Position numbers and translations under genes: made by a program. Source: Opitutales bacterium (GTDB lineage Bacteria; Verrucomicrobiota; Verrucomicrobiia; Opitutales; JAFGAQ01). From it: a DNA stretch of 64,000 bases. The DNA lies in NCBI GenBank assembly GCA_963676215.2, contig CAXXVT010000016.1, positions 45,689-109,688 of the forward strand. Direction: 5' to 3'. The notes under the pieces are model-generated. The model was not told the DNA's origin, did not search any database, and saw only the letters and a program-made list of their open reading frames with translations. Numbering within the stretch: position 1 is the first letter of the stretch; each line of letters opens with the position of its first letter. This document shows positions 1 to 10,220 of the stretch, piece after piece.

Positions 1-952
1 GCATCGATGAAGCCCTCGGTAGTGTGGAAGACCTTGTTGGGGCGGAACGATATCGATGCTATGTGAGCATCATCGTCCCCAACAAGTTCCATGCACCGCT
101 TTCTATACAGGCATTGAAGGCGGGAAAACATGTCTTTTGCGAAAAACCTCCGGCAATGAATGCTAAGGAAGTGAAAGAAATGATCGAAGTGGCTGAAGCG
201 TCAGGAAAAACCCTGATGTTTAACTTCAACAATCGAGCGCGGCCTCTTTGCGCTGCACTGAAATCAGAAATCGATTCCGGACGAATGGGTGAGATCCGTT
301 CTTCTCAAGCCAAATGGATTCGACGTCGGGGGATTCCCGGATTTGGAGGCTGGTTTACTCAGAAGCGACTCTCAGGTGGAGGCCCATTGATTGACCTTTT
401 GCATATGCTCGACCTGGCGCTCTATTACATGGGTTATCCTGAGCCTAATTGTGTGGTTGCCCGAACTTTTGATGACCTCATTCAGAATAAAGAATTTAAA
501 GGACCATGGGGCATCCCCGACGTGAAAGGCGTTACGAACGATGTCTGAGAGCGCTACGCATGGAGTCATCACTTTCGATGATGGCCAAATCCTTACGTTC
601 CAGAATTCCTGGGCAGAAATGGTAAAACGTGAAGAAGTTTCTGTTACCCTCCAAGGCTCGAAAGCAGGAGGCATGGTTCGCCGGCTGTTTTGAAGTGGAT
701 GGAGACGACGACACTTCTATTGATGAGGCGAGAGTTGTATGTGCAGGAAAACGGGGAACAAGCAGATATCCCTATAACGGTAGAGCTTGACCCTGAAATG
801 GGCAGAATTCATTCCGCAGCTAATTTCATTGAAAGCATCGAGGGCAAAGCGGCCTCCATTGAACAATCTCCGCGAGGCTTTGATAATTGATGAAAGTTAT
901 CGATGCAGCCTACGAATCCGCAGAAACCGGTAAGCCTGTTTCTATCAAATGA
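1..952 (+). pseudogene. Gfo/Idh/MocA-family oxidoreductase, 5' end cut by window edge, reading frame broken several times
   Basis: ORF 24..548 carries the family N-terminal signature (VPNKFHAPLSIQALKAGKHVFCEKPPAMN...MFNFNNR). The protein continues in other frames: ESATHGVITFDDGQILTFQNSWAEM after 549, ORF 690..890 (ELYVQENGE...AANFIESIEGK), and a last piece MKVIDAAYESAETGKPVSIK with stop at 950-952. A further shift is visible near 55-66 (NDIDA / VSIIVPN). Confidence 0.7.
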
Positions 953-1019
953 ATTTTTCCGAAATATTAAACGACATAGTTTTTAAAGGTTATCCAACAA
1001 CGAACATCCCAAGGTCATT

Positions 1020-1529
1020 ATGAGTCAGTCACCTGAAACCACCCCCACCTATTTCTCCTGGAGCACACGCTCTCATTTTTGTTAATGCGAGTTTGGCTTG
1101 CAGTCAGAGCCATTATCACCGGCTTAGAAAAATTTTCAGCCAACGTTACGGTACAGAAGCCATTGCTCGATGAAATGGGGAATCCCGACCCAAGTGGAAT
1201 TATGCTCAGTGTTGAGCAAAAAGTATATGGCCTGAGTCACTATCACGGAGTTCCTGATTCATTGTCTGAGGAAATTCCAATCAGAACCCCTGCTTCCTGG
1301 ATTTTTGCTCGCGCCCTATGAATTTTTACTAGGGCCTATTCTTATTATTTTGGGTCTTACCCTTCTCTTGGGTGTTGCGACTCGGATCAGGTCTATTCGT
1401 GATGGGATTGGTGTATGTCAGTCTCACTTTTGGACTGATCTTAAATCGGCCAGGATGGCGGAATCGCTTGGTTGGCCGCACCACACAATTATGATTGCCT
1501 ACGCCCTGACCACTGGTCCGCTACAATAA
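1020..1529 (+). pseudogene. DoxX-like small membrane protein, frameshifted
   Basis: ATG at 1020 (MSQSPETTPTYFSWSTRSHF) hits a stop at 1083-1085 after a T-run. The protein continues in ORF 1079..1321 and then ORF 1305..1529 (LLGPILIILGLTLLLGVATRI...HTIMIAYALTTG), with another shift inside the last piece. The family call rests on hydrophobic pattern only. Confidence 0.4.
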
Positions 1530-1580
1530 GTTCGGCATCATGAAGAAATTTTAATTTTCAAGAGAAAGAATTGAACCGAA

Positions 1581-2936
1581 ATGAACGAAACTAACGAATC
1601 CGGATACAGTCCGTTTTTCATCAATCGTCGCGACTTTGTTAAGAAGAGCGCGATGCTCGGGGCAGCGGGTCTGACCCTGGGAGCAGTGAGTCCTTTGAAA
1701 GCAGCGGCAGCCGCTGGGAATGAAATCAATATTGCCGTCATCGGAAACGGGGCAGAAAGGGCAGTATTGCTCAATTCTTTGAAGAACATTCCAGGGATTC
1801 GCTTTGTCGCCCTCTGTGACATCTGGAATACAATTTAAAGAAAGGCATGAGTGCGCTGCGCGCAACCGGCCAACGTCCAGCAGTCTACGAAAACTACGAA
1901 GAAATGTTGGAAAAGGAGCCGAGCATCGAAGCGGTGATCATCGCAACTCCGGACTTCTGGCATGCTCCGCACACCATCGCCTGTCTCCGGCGGGGGAAAC
2001 ATGTGTATTGCGAAAAAAATGATGTCCAATACCCTCGAAGGCGCAAAATCGATGGTAGTGGCAGCGCGTGAGACGGGCAAACTGTTGCAGATTGGGCACC
2101 AACGCCCGCGAGCAATCCTCGTTATCGATTTGTATTGGATCGGTTTGTCAACAAGGCCGAGCTTTGTGGACGTATCGTCAATGTGAATGGTCAATGGAAT
2201 CGGTCCCTTTCCAAATCGCAGGATATCACGATCAAAAAAGCGAGTCTCCTACCGCCTGCTGGCACGTTGAAAAAGTATGGATTTGAGAACGTACACGAAT
2301 TCCTAAATTGGCGTTGGTATAAGGACCTCTCCGGGGTGTCCGATTTCTGACCTTGGAGCTCATCAGATTGATGTGTTCAACTGGTATTTGGACGCGGTTC
2401 CTACCAGCGTTACGGCGTCGGGTGGACGAGATTATTTCACGAAGCGTGAGCACTTTGACAACGTAATGGCGATTTTCGAGTATCAGAATGCTGCCAAAGG
2501 AGGTGCGCGTGCTTTTTACCAAGTTTTAACGACGACCAGTGCAGGAGGGGGGATACTTTGAGCGTTTCATGGGAACAGAGGGTTGTATTAAGATCTCTGA
2601 AAATCCAAGTTTCACCAAAATCTACCGTGAACCAGAGGTGGATCTTGATAAATGGATAACCATTGGTTATCCCAAGGACTCTTGAGGCAAGATTCTCCGG
2701 CGCCAAAAGCAGCTACAAGTGCTGCGGCAACTATGGATGTGCGAGAATCGGCTCCGTTGGCAGCTTACGATGTCCCAGTTGTTTTGAACAAGCCTGCCCA
2801 CCAACCGCATTTGGAAAATTTCTTTGCAGCAATTCGTGGGGATGCAGAACTGAACTGCCCCCGCAGAACACGCCTATCGGGACGAGTTTGCGATCTATCA
2901 CGTGAACCAAGCGGCGGAAACAAACCAACGTATTGA
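1581..2936 (+). pseudogene. Tat-signal Gfo/Idh/MocA oxidoreductase disrupted by multiple frameshifts
   Basis: Twin-arginine leader and Rossmann start in ORF 1581..1838 (FINRRDFVKKSAMLGAAGLTLGA...INIAVIGNGAERA). Collinear pieces follow in alternating frames: 1847..2071 (AVIIATPDFWHAPHTIACLRRGKHVYCEK), 1962..2186 (MSNTLEGAKSMVVAARETGKLLQIGHQR), 2135..2350, 2373..2561, about 2560..2685 (FERFMGTEGCIKISEN) and 2652..2936. At least one shift lies in a G-run at 2546-2552. Confidence 0.75.
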
Positions 2937-3018
2937 GTTTAAGCCGGAGGATTACGAAATCTAAACGAATCGAGTCGAACGGACTCCAATACTTTACAAA
3001 GAGCTAATTTGAAAAAAA

Positions 3019-3685
3019 ATGATGAACACAAAATTTATCGGTGGCGCTATGCACATTGCTGGTGACTCTTATGAGCGCAAGTGCGGGCATGATTGACCTC
3101 AAGACAGACATACCCCCAGCAGAGATCAGTGGAACTCCAGTTCCGATCAAACTCTCCAACCTAGAGCCGTTGCAGCAAACTGCTCCTACGTTGAAAGTCC
3201 CGGAAGGAACGATATTATTGTCCGCTGGCAAGTCAGTGACTTCCAGTGATGATTGGCCATTGATCGGAGATATCGAATATCTCACCGATGGCGACAAGGA
3301 AACTGGCGAAGGCTATTATGTGGAATTGATCCCGGGACTGCAGTGGATGCAGATCGATCCTCGAAGCGGAAGCAGCCATTGAGGCGATTTGGATGTGGCA
3401 CTACACACGCTCAAAAACGGGCTTATCATGACGTGATCGTTCAGTTGAGTAATGATCCTGATTTTGAAGAGGATGTTACAACGGTATATTATACAACGAT
3501 TTTTGATGACTCTGCAGGATTCGGAGTGGGTGAGGGATATGCCTTATGTTGAAACCAATTACGGAAAGCTTATTAATGTGAAAACAGTGAAGGCTCAGTA
3601 CATCCGTTTTTACAGCAATGGCAGTACCAGCAATGATGCCAACCACTACATCGAAGCCGAAGTCTATGGATCGGTTTCTGAGTAG
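3019..3685 (+). pseudogene. Secreted discoidin / F5-8 type C-like (galactose-binding-like) domain protein, frameshifted
   Basis: Signal-peptide-like start (MMNTKFI / ALCTLLVTLMSASAG) is split between frames. The body is spread over ORFs 3041..3382, 3253..3552 and 3452..3685 (LQWMQID...VIVQLSNDPDFEEDVTTVYY...VKAQYIRFYSNGSTSNDANHYIEAEVYG), a pattern typical of discoidin domains. Confidence 0.5.
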
Positions 3686-3727
3686 AATTTGACAACGCCA
3701 ACGCTTTTTTTGGTGCGATTTTGAAAA

Positions 3728-3756
3728 CGTGCGAACCTTCGGGTCGCACGTTTTTT
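3728..3756 (+). terminator. Rho-independent terminator candidate
   Basis: cgtgcgaacc-ttc-gggtcgcacg stem-loop followed by TTTTTT, directly after the discoidin-like pseudogene. Confidence 0.6.
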
Positions 3757-3841
3757 GTGCCGATTCGGCTTTGTTCGGGACGCAATGCCTGGTCGTTTTG
3801 TAACGACTTGCGATTAAATCACGACCCATTCGAACCGATCC

Positions 3842-3898
3842 CGTAGGGGATTGCCTTGGCAAATCCGAACGAACGGAGGGTTTCGTGAGCGGAATCCC
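3842..3898. repeat. REP-like intergenic element, family B (gtaggggNttgccttggcaaatccgaa core)
   Basis: cgtaggggattgccttggcaaatccgaa recurs in inverted orientation at 15471..15497 (ttcggatttgccaaggcaaacccctac), and the flanking sequence is also similar. Confidence 0.6.
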
Positions 3899-3958
3899 TT
3901 GTTCAACGATAAATAGCACCGAAAACGCGAATTGGTATCTAGCCTCATCTACCGTAGT

Positions 3959-3978
3959 ATCTCATGCTCGCATGAGAT
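3959..3978. repeat. REP-like palindrome, family A (gtagtATCTCATGcNcgCATGAGAT)
   Basis: atctcatgctcgcatgagat preceded by cgtagt. The reverse complement occurs at 9349..9373 (atctcatgcgagcatgagatactac). Related cgtagtatcgtatgcttgcatgcgat units occur at 10737 and at 13879-14124. Confidence 0.65.
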
Positions 3979-4062
3979 TTGGCTCTACATGAAGTCATTT
4001 CAGCGGGAGCGAGTAGAGGGAGTCGATCCTTCCGACCATTGATCCAAATCGAGTGGAATCGA

Positions 4063-4500
4063 CTAGATTGCTGACTGGAACCCGAGTTCGGCAATAAGAA
4101 GACCGACTTGAATCTCGATTGCCGGTAGCGTTTGCGTAGGCTTCCATACGTCGAGATCGTGCACATCCCAATAGCGAATTTTTTCTGCCCAGTCTGGGAA
4201 CTGCTTCTGCATCATGGAATAGTGTTCATCGCGTTTGAGTGCGATTGCCAAATCCGCGGAAAGAAAATCTGTGTAGTCCAGCGCTATCGGTTCTTTCTGG
4301 TAGCATTCTTCCGGAATCCCATTTCGCTCGATGGCATCCAAAGTGTGACAGGAGATGGCATTGGGTGCGCATTCAATCATTAAGCCGCGCGATACGGCTC
4401 TCCAATCTTTGAGCTTTGGACCTTTCTTGGCATTGAACCACGCCTCTGCAAACCGGCTTCGATAGTAGTTTCCGGTGCAGATGAACATCACAGTTTTCAT
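4063..4500 (-). CDS. Low-molecular-weight protein-tyrosine/arsenate phosphatase family protein
   Basis: N-terminal P-loop MFICTGNYYRS matches the C-X5-R-S signature of LMW-PTP/ArsC(LMWP) enzymes. Size is 145 aa. Confidence 0.8.
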   Translation of the reverse strand: MKTVMFICTGNYYRSRFAEAWFNAKKGPKLKDWRAVSRGLMIECAPNAISCHTLDAIERNGIPEECYQKEPIALDYTDFLSADLAIALKRDEHYSMMQKQFPDWAEKIRYWDVHDLDVWKPTQTLPAIEIQVGLLIAELGFQSAI

Positions 4501-4521
4501 AAAAAATGCATTTCTTATTTG

Positions 4522-4542
4522 TAATTAGAATGATTCTAATTA
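4522..4542. promoter_or_regulatory. Fur-box-like perfect palindrome in the divergent promoter region
   Basis: TAATTAGAAT-G-ATTCTAATTA is a perfect 10-1-10 inverted repeat. It is AT-rich and lies 41 nt upstream of the Fur-family gene and 22 nt from the divergent phosphatase start. Confidence 0.55.
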
Positions 4543-4582
4543 TAAACTAGCAATCACTCCCATACTATAGAATCGTTCATTT

Positions 4583-5020
4583 ATGATGCAACTTGAACCA
4601 CAGGCGAAAGAAAAACTCGATTCCGCTCTCGCGAGAAAAGGATTACGATCCACTCGTCAGCGGGAACAGGTGTATACGATTGTGATGGATTCTGATGATC
4701 ATCCTTCTGCAGATGTCGTCTACTCTAGAGTAACGGCAAATTATCCGGGTATTTCGATGGCAACAGTCTACAATTGCTTGGAGACTCTGGTGGAGTGTGA
4801 ACTGATTCGGCAAGTCAACTTCGAAAGACAGCCCTCACGCTTTTGCCAGGCAAAGGATAAAAACATCCACCATGCCCATTTCCATTGTCAGGAAACAGGC
4901 AAAGTCATTGATGTTGACCTCCCTACGGTCTTTATTGAGAATCTTTCTCAATACCTTCCGGAAGGGTATTCGATCGATAAAGTTGACCTAACGCTCAGTG
5001 GTCGTTGTCGCTCTGCGTGA
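4583..5020 (+). CDS. fur: Fur-family transcriptional regulator
   Basis: LRSTRQREQVYTIVMDSDDHPSADVVYSRV...ISMATVYNCLETLVECELI forms a winged helix, and HHAHFHCQETGKVIDV matches the metal-site region typical of Fur/PerR/Zur. The paralog type is unknown. Confidence 0.8.
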   Translation: MMQLEPQAKEKLDSALARKGLRSTRQREQVYTIVMDSDDHPSADVVYSRVTANYPGISMATVYNCLETLVECELIRQVNFERQPSRFCQAKDKNIHHAHFHCQETGKVIDVDLPTVFIENLSQYLPEGYSIDKVDLTLSGRCRSA

Positions 5021-5089
5021 TTATTATTCGAACAAACCCGACTCCGCAAATTTCGTGATTAATTTAACTTGAATTGGAAACAGAAAATT

Positions 5090-5848
5090 ATGTCTAACCA
5101 ACTAGAAATTCGTAACCTTAACGCAAGCGTCGCAGGAAAACCAATCCTGAAGGACTTTTCTCTTGTTGTGCCGAAAGGAGAAGTGCATGCCCTTATGGGT
5201 CCAAACGGTACCGGAAAGAGCACCTTGGCAAAGGTTATCGCGGGCCATGAGGATTATGAGGTACAATCCGGTGAAGTCCTGGTCGATGGTGAGAATGTCC
5301 TTGGTATGGAGCCAGATGAAATCGCCCACAAGGGAATTTTCCTCGCATTCCAGTATCCGATGGAAATACCAGGTGTAACGATTGCCAATTTTATCCGAGC
5401 TGCGCTTCAGGCCCGCATGGAAGAAGGGCAGAAATTTGATGCCCCCGGTTACTATCGCTCGTTGTATGAGAAGATGGATCTCCTTAAAATGGATCGCAAA
5501 TTCACTTCCCGTTCTCTGAATGAAGGATTTTCTGGAGGAGAGAAGAAACGCTGTGAGATTCTCCAAATGGCAATGCTTGAACCAAGTTATTGTATCATGG
5601 ACGAGACAGATAGTGGTTTGGATATCGATGCGCTTCGCATCGTCTCCAACGGGGTCAACCTCATGCGCAGCCCAGATCGCGGCACTCTCGTGATCACTCA
5701 CTACCAACGGCTTTTGGACTACATCGTTCCCGATAAGGTTCACGTCATGTGGGATGGCCGTATCGTAAAAACAGGCGACAAAGAACTTGCCAAGGAGCTA
5801 GAAGTAAAAGGCTACGATTGGGTTAAGGAAGAGCTGGTTAGCGCCTAA
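5090..5848 (+). CDS. sufC: Fe-S cluster assembly ATPase SufC
   Basis: [49 protein letters not shown] (Walker A), [12 protein letters not shown] (ABC signature), [11 protein letters not shown] (Walker B). I moved the start to ATG 5090; the track start 5069 is TTG. Confidence 0.93.
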   Translation: MSNQLEIRNLNASVAGKPILKDFSLVVPKGEVHALMGPNGTGKSTLAKVIAGHEDYEVQSGEVLVDGENVLGMEPDEIAHKGIFLAFQYPMEIPGVTIANFIRAALQARMEEGQKFDAPGYYRSLYEKMDLLKMDRKFTSRSLNEGFSGGEKKRCEILQMAMLEPSYCIMDETDSGLDIDALRIVSNGVNLMRSPDRGTLVITHYQRLLDYIVPDKVHVMWDGRIVKTGDKELAKELEVKGYDWVKEELVSA

Positions 5849-5873
5849 GTATTAACCTCAAAGAAAGGTTCAC

Positions 5874-7298
5874 ATGAGTGAAGAAGAAATGAGTGAGGAA
5901 CAAACGGTAACGACGATCGATACCGAAAAAGGCAATTTCAGCTATGATACTAGTTATGAGTATGATGCTGGGGTCGGTCTGAACGAAGGCGTTGTTAATT
6001 ACATTTCCGATGTAAAAGGGGAAGACCAGTGGATAAGGGATTTTCGGTTGAAAGCATTGGATGTTTTTAACCGCAAAGACAACCCAACCCATTGGGCAAG
6101 TAAAGATCTCGACAATATCGACTTTGAAAAGATTCGCTATTATCTTTCGAAGGGTCAGCAACCAAGTCGTACATGGGACGAGGTGCCCGATGATGTGAAA
6201 GAAACTTTCGAACGATTGGGTATTCCTGAGCAGGAACGCAAATTCCTTGCTGGAGTTGAGGCTCAATTCGACAGTGAGGCTGCTTATTCTCACATGAAGG
6301 AGGGCCTCGAGAAAGAAGGCGTTATCTTCATGGGTTCTAGCGAAGCTTTGAAGGAGCATCCGGAAATTTTCCGAAAATATTTTGGAAAAGTGATCCCAAC
6401 CAACGATAACAAATATTCTGCCCTGAACTCGGCTGTGTTCAGTGGAGGTAGTTTCATCTACGTGCCTCCGGGTGTAAAGGTGTCGCAACCATTGCAGGCC
6501 TATTTTCGGATCAATGCCGAGAATTTTGGACAATTTGAGCGCACGCTAATTATTGTCGATGAAGGTTCGGAACTAACTTACATGGAGGGGTGCACTGCTC
6601 CCAAATTTGAGACTGCAACCTTGCACAGCGCAGTGGTGGAACTTGTGGCACTCAAGAATGCAAAGATCCAGTATATCACGGTACAAAACTGGTCCAACAA
6701 CGTGTTTAATCTGGTGACTAAACGCGCTTTGGCGGAAGAAGGGGCCGAAGTGAAGTGGATTGACTGTAACATCGGTTCTCGACTGACGGTCAAATATCCT
6801 GGAGTGATTCTCAACGGTGAAGGCGCTCGGGGCGAAGTGCTCTCTATTGCTTTGGCCAATGATGGTCAGCATCAGGATACGGGTGCGAAGATGATTCACC
6901 GGGCCAACAATACCAGTAGTAACATCATTTCTAAGAGTATCTCGATCGGGGAAGGGCGTTCCACATACCGTGGACAGGTTCATATTCCCAGTCATTTGAA
7001 AAACTGTAAGAACAATACCGAGTGTGATGCTTTGTTGATCAATACCAACAGCCAAACCGATACGTTCCCCGCCATTACCGTGCGAGGAGAAGGGAATTCG
7101 GTGCAGCATGAAGCGAGCGTCTCGAAAGTAAGCGCCGAGCAGATTTTCTATATGATGCAGCGAGGTTTAAGTGAAGGGGAAGCCATGAGCTTGAGTGTGA
7201 ATGGGTTTGTGAACGATCTCGTGAAGTTTTTTCCGATGGAATACTCGGTGGAACTAAAGCGCCTGATCGATCTGGAAATGGAAGGCTCAGTGGGATAA
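5874..7298 (+). CDS. sufB: Fe-S cluster assembly scaffold SufB
   Basis: 474 aa with conserved SufB blocks ([73 protein letters not shown]). Confidence 0.93.
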   Translation: MSEEEMSEEQTVTTIDTEKGNFSYDTSYEYDAGVGLNEGVVNYISDVKGEDQWIRDFRLKALDVFNRKDNPTHWASKDLDNIDFEKIRYYLSKGQQPSRTWDEVPDDVKETFERLGIPEQERKFLAGVEAQFDSEAAYSHMKEGLEKEGVIFMGSSEALKEHPEIFRKYFGKVIPTNDNKYSALNSAVFSGGSFIYVPPGVKVSQPLQAYFRINAENFGQFERTLIIVDEGSELTYMEGCTAPKFETATLHSAVVELVALKNAKIQYITVQNWSNNVFNLVTKRALAEEGAEVKWIDCNIGSRLTVKYPGVILNGEGARGEVLSIALANDGQHQDTGAKMIHRANNTSSNIISKSISIGEGRSTYRGQVHIPSHLKNCKNNTECDALLINTNSQTDTFPAITVRGEGNSVQHEASVSKVSAEQIFYMMQRGLSEGEAMSLSVNGFVNDLVKFFPMEYSVELKRLIDLEMEGSVG

Positions 7299-7338
7299 TC
7301 GACGAAGTCGTCTGACAACATTCGAAAAACAGAATAAA

Positions 7339-8682
7339 ATGAGTACAACTTTAGCGAATACTCCAAACTCAGTTCCAAGTGGACCGATTGGAGAATCATC
7401 GACCTTTCAATCATTCATCGATTCACATGCGGGAGAAAATTCCTGGATTGAAGGGAAACGAAAAGAGGCTTGGAAGCAGTTTAACGAACTTGAGCTCCCC
7501 CGGCGAAAAGATGAGAGTTGGCGCTTTGCAACCAGAGTTAATCTGGATTTTGCAGATTACCATCTCGTGGAAGCTCCATCTGAGCAGGTGATCCAAGAGG
7601 TGGTCGAAAAATCCAACTTTCATTCCAAAACGGAAGCTCGGTTGATTTTTGCAGACAACCATCTTGTGCATGCCGATCCGATCTCTGAAGAGCTGCAATC
7701 CAAGGGAGTGATCCTTGAGTCACTGGCGGATGCGATTACGAAACACGGTGATCTGATTGAGAAACACTTGTTTCAGGAAGAAGCCCATCTTGGAAGTGAA
7801 AAGTTCATGGCGCTCCATCAGGCTCTCTCTCATTGTGGTGGTGTCGTTTACGTTCCGAAAGGAGTAGTGATTGATGATTCAATTCTCATCTACCATTGGA
7901 CGACGCAGGCAAATGTGGCGGTTTTCCCTCACACTTTGATCATTGCAGAGGAGTCCTCGAAGGTAAACGTCATCGATGTTTACCAATCTCTGGACAGCAA
8001 ATTGCCAGCTCTCGCTATTGCTTCGGGTAACATTTATGCGGGACAAAACTCTCAGGTCCTCCGTAAATGTGTGCAGAATTGGAGTGATGAAACACTCTCT
8101 TTTCAGGCAGATGCGACCGCAGTGAAGCGCGATGGTGTTACAAAGACACTTTCGGTCAACCTGGGTGGCAAACGATCTCGGTTTGAAAATCAGGTTCGTA
8201 TGGCGGAAGCTGGTTCGCATGCTACGCTCTATTCTTTGACTGTCGCCCAACGCGACCAGGAGTTCGACCAACGCACCTTCCAGGCGCATGATGCGCCTCA
8301 CGCGGTATCCGATCTCCTCTATAAGAATGCATTGCTGGATGATAGCCGCACGATTTTTTCCGGTATGATTAAAGTCGCCAAGGATGCGCAACAGACCGAC
8401 GCATACCAGACCAATCGCAACTTGCTTCTCAGCCCAACTGCAGATGCAAATTCACTCCCCGGCTTGGAAATTCAAGCCAACGATGTGAAGTGCAGTCATG
8501 GAGCCACTACGGGCCAATTGGACCCTGAAGAATTGTTCTATATGATGCAGCGTGGCATTCCTAAACGCACAGCGCAGCAGCTACTGGTGTTTGGATTCTT
8601 CGAAGAAGTGATCGAAAAGTTCGATGATGAAGAAATTCAGGAAAGTGTGCGCAAACTTGTGCACTCGAAGTTTCATCTCTAA
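7339..8682 (+). CDS. sufD: Fe-S cluster assembly protein SufD
   Basis: 447 aa. The C-terminal beta-helix region is SufB/D-like (FSGMIKV..DAQQTDAYQTNRNLLLS, VKCSHGATTGQLDPEELFYMMQRGIP). It lies directly downstream of sufB. Confidence 0.88.
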   Translation: MSTTLANTPNSVPSGPIGESSTFQSFIDSHAGENSWIEGKRKEAWKQFNELELPRRKDESWRFATRVNLDFADYHLVEAPSEQVIQEVVEKSNFHSKTEARLIFADNHLVHADPISEELQSKGVILESLADAITKHGDLIEKHLFQEEAHLGSEKFMALHQALSHCGGVVYVPKGVVIDDSILIYHWTTQANVAVFPHTLIIAEESSKVNVIDVYQSLDSKLPALAIASGNIYAGQNSQVLRKCVQNWSDETLSFQADATAVKRDGVTKTLSVNLGGKRSRFENQVRMAEAGSHATLYSLTVAQRDQEFDQRTFQAHDAPHAVSDLLYKNALLDDSRTIFSGMIKVAKDAQQTDAYQTNRNLLLSPTADANSLPGLEIQANDVKCSHGATTGQLDPEELFYMMQRGIPKRTAQQLLVFGFFEEVIEKFDDEEIQESVRKLVHSKFHL

Positions 8683-8759
8683 TCTTTATCCAATCAACCG
8701 GGGGATGGCACTTTCCCTCGGTTTGATTCTCTTTAAACCACACGAAATTTTAAGACATT

Positions 8760-9311
8760 ATGGAAGATGATCGCACGCTCACTCGCGATGTAGAGGCTAC
8801 CTTGATCCCGCAAGGTGAACCCTTCACCTTGAATGAAGGAACTCAAGTCGTGATTACTCACCGCTTGGGTGGAAACTTCACGGTAATGACCTCCAACGGG
8901 ATGTTTCGAATTTCCCGGCAAAACGCGGATGCTCTCGGTGAAACCCCCGAAGAGGTGACTCCCGTTGAAAGCACTGCCAAAAAGTCCAGTGCCGGAGCAG
9001 AACCAGAAATTGAAGATATTTGGGCGGCTCTAAAAGGGGTATTTGATCCAGAAATTCCAGTGAACATCGTGGATTTGGGTCTGGTTTATAGCGTGAATTT
9101 TCAGAAAAAAGACGATGCAAATCACGTGGAAGTGGCTATGTCATTGACTGCTCCCGGATGTGGAATGGGTCCTGTCATCGCAGAAGATGCAAAATTTCGC
9201 ATCCTCGAATTGGATGGAGTTGATACCTCCAATGTAGAGATCGTATGGGACCCACCCTGGCATCAGGATATGATCTCCGAAGAGGGAAAAATGGAATTGG
9301 GACTGATTTAG
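8760..9311 (+). CDS. sufT: SufT-type Fe-S assembly protein (N-terminal SufT domain + DUF59/MIP18)
   Basis: DUF59 core [24 protein letters not shown]...[12 protein letters not shown]...VWDPPW. It is the last gene of the suf cluster, and its 183-aa length fits long SufT proteins. Confidence 0.75.
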   Translation: MEDDRTLTRDVEATLIPQGEPFTLNEGTQVVITHRLGGNFTVMTSNGMFRISRQNADALGETPEEVTPVESTAKKSSAGAEPEIEDIWAALKGVFDPEIPVNIVDLGLVYSVNFQKKDDANHVEVAMSLTAPGCGMGPVIAEDAKFRILELDGVDTSNVEIVWDPPWHQDMISEEGKMELGLI

Positions 9312-9348
9312 GTATTATTTGCGTTTAAAAGACTCCAATCTGAAACAG

Positions 9349-9373
9349 ATCTCATGCGAGCATGAGATACTAC
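9349..9373. repeat. REP-like palindrome, family A (inverted copy)
   Basis: atctcatgcgagcatgagatactac is the reverse complement of the unit at 3953..3978. Confidence 0.65.
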
Positions 9374-9495
9374 ATTCAGGTTGCGAAGTTGTGTATTCAA
9401 CAGTCGCATCGGAAATTGTACCGCATGGTATGATGAATAGCAGTTGGCAAAAACAACTTTTGTAACGAAAGAAGAATTTACGTGCTGTCTATAAA

Positions 9496-9637
9496 CCCAT
9501 GAATGAATTCATGGGCTCCAGAACACGATGACGGAGGCAATGATTTTCGTTTGGGTTGAAGTGAGGGATTAGCTTGAGCTAGAGCATTCTGCGTTTACTT
9601 CTGCCAAACGTGTCAGCTTAAATGCAGGAAGCTCTAA
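9496..9637. repeat. Dispersed intergenic repeat, family D (Y unit 9496-9549, X unit 9596-9637)
   Basis: cccatgaatgaattcatgggctccagaacacgatgacggaggcaatgatttt and tacttctgccaaacgtgtcagcttaaatgcaggaagctctaa both recur at 54675..54777 with few mismatches, but with the unit order swapped. The X unit also resembles the reverse complement of 25300-25345. Confidence 0.7.
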
Positions 9638-9657
9638 AGGGTCCATTTGGCAGATTC

Positions 9658-10158
9658 TCAGTCTTTCCCACGGAAGGGCACAACGTATTGAAGGGCCATG
9701 TCCCACGGAAAAAAGATCCAGGTGTCCTGGCTCACTTCGGTGACATAGGTGTCGATCGTGTCACATCCGTCCGGTTTTGCGTAAATGGTTGCATAATGAG
9801 CTTTGGGATAAAGTTTGCGCACATATCGCAGGGTCTTTCCTGAGTCGACGAGGTCATCGACAATCAAGACATCTTCACCATCTCCCATGAGTTCACTATT
9901 GGGCATCTTCAAAACTCGGATCTCAGATTGGTCCTGGTGGTCGTAGGACTTCACGCAAATGGTTTCGACCGTGCGGATATCAAGTTCACGAGCAACAATT
10001 TGGGATGGCACCATTCCCCCCCGCGTAACTGCAACAACCGCTTTGTATTGTCCTTTGCCGTCGCCGTTAGCCAGTCTCCATGCGAGCGCCCTTGAGTCGC
10101 GGTGCAGTTGCTCCCAGCTAATATGAAACCCTTTTTCGTGTGGTAGTTGAACGCTCAT
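9658..10158 (-). CDS. gpt: Xanthine-guanine phosphoribosyltransferase
   Basis: From [29 protein letters not shown]... through [13 protein letters not shown] (PRPP-binding motif) to WIFFPWD, matching the short Gpt-type PRTases. I trimmed the start to ATG 10158, because the upstream part of the track ORF overlaps the next gene. Confidence 0.85.
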   Translation of the reverse strand: MSVQLPHEKGFHISWEQLHRDSRALAWRLANGDGKGQYKAVVAVTRGGMVPSQIVARELDIRTVETICVKSYDHQDQSEIRVLKMPNSELMGDGEDVLIVDDLVDSGKTLRYVRKLYPKAHYATIYAKPDGCDTIDTYVTEVSQDTWIFFPWDMALQYVVPFRGKD

Positions 10159-10220
10159 CTTTTGAATAGTAAGAATCTTGGCACAATAGTGAAATTTCCG
10201 TGTTTGGACTAAATTCTGCC

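Noticed and set aside
3476-3919. Minus-strand 147-aa ORF
   Set aside because: It spans the 3' end of the discoidin-like pseudogene in antisense, a terminator hairpin and REP elements, and it has no domain signal.
5102-6533. Minus-strand ORFs 5102..5743 (213 aa) and 5838..6533 (231 aa)
   Set aside because: They are antisense to sufC and sufB, whose identities are unambiguous. They show no recognisable domains.
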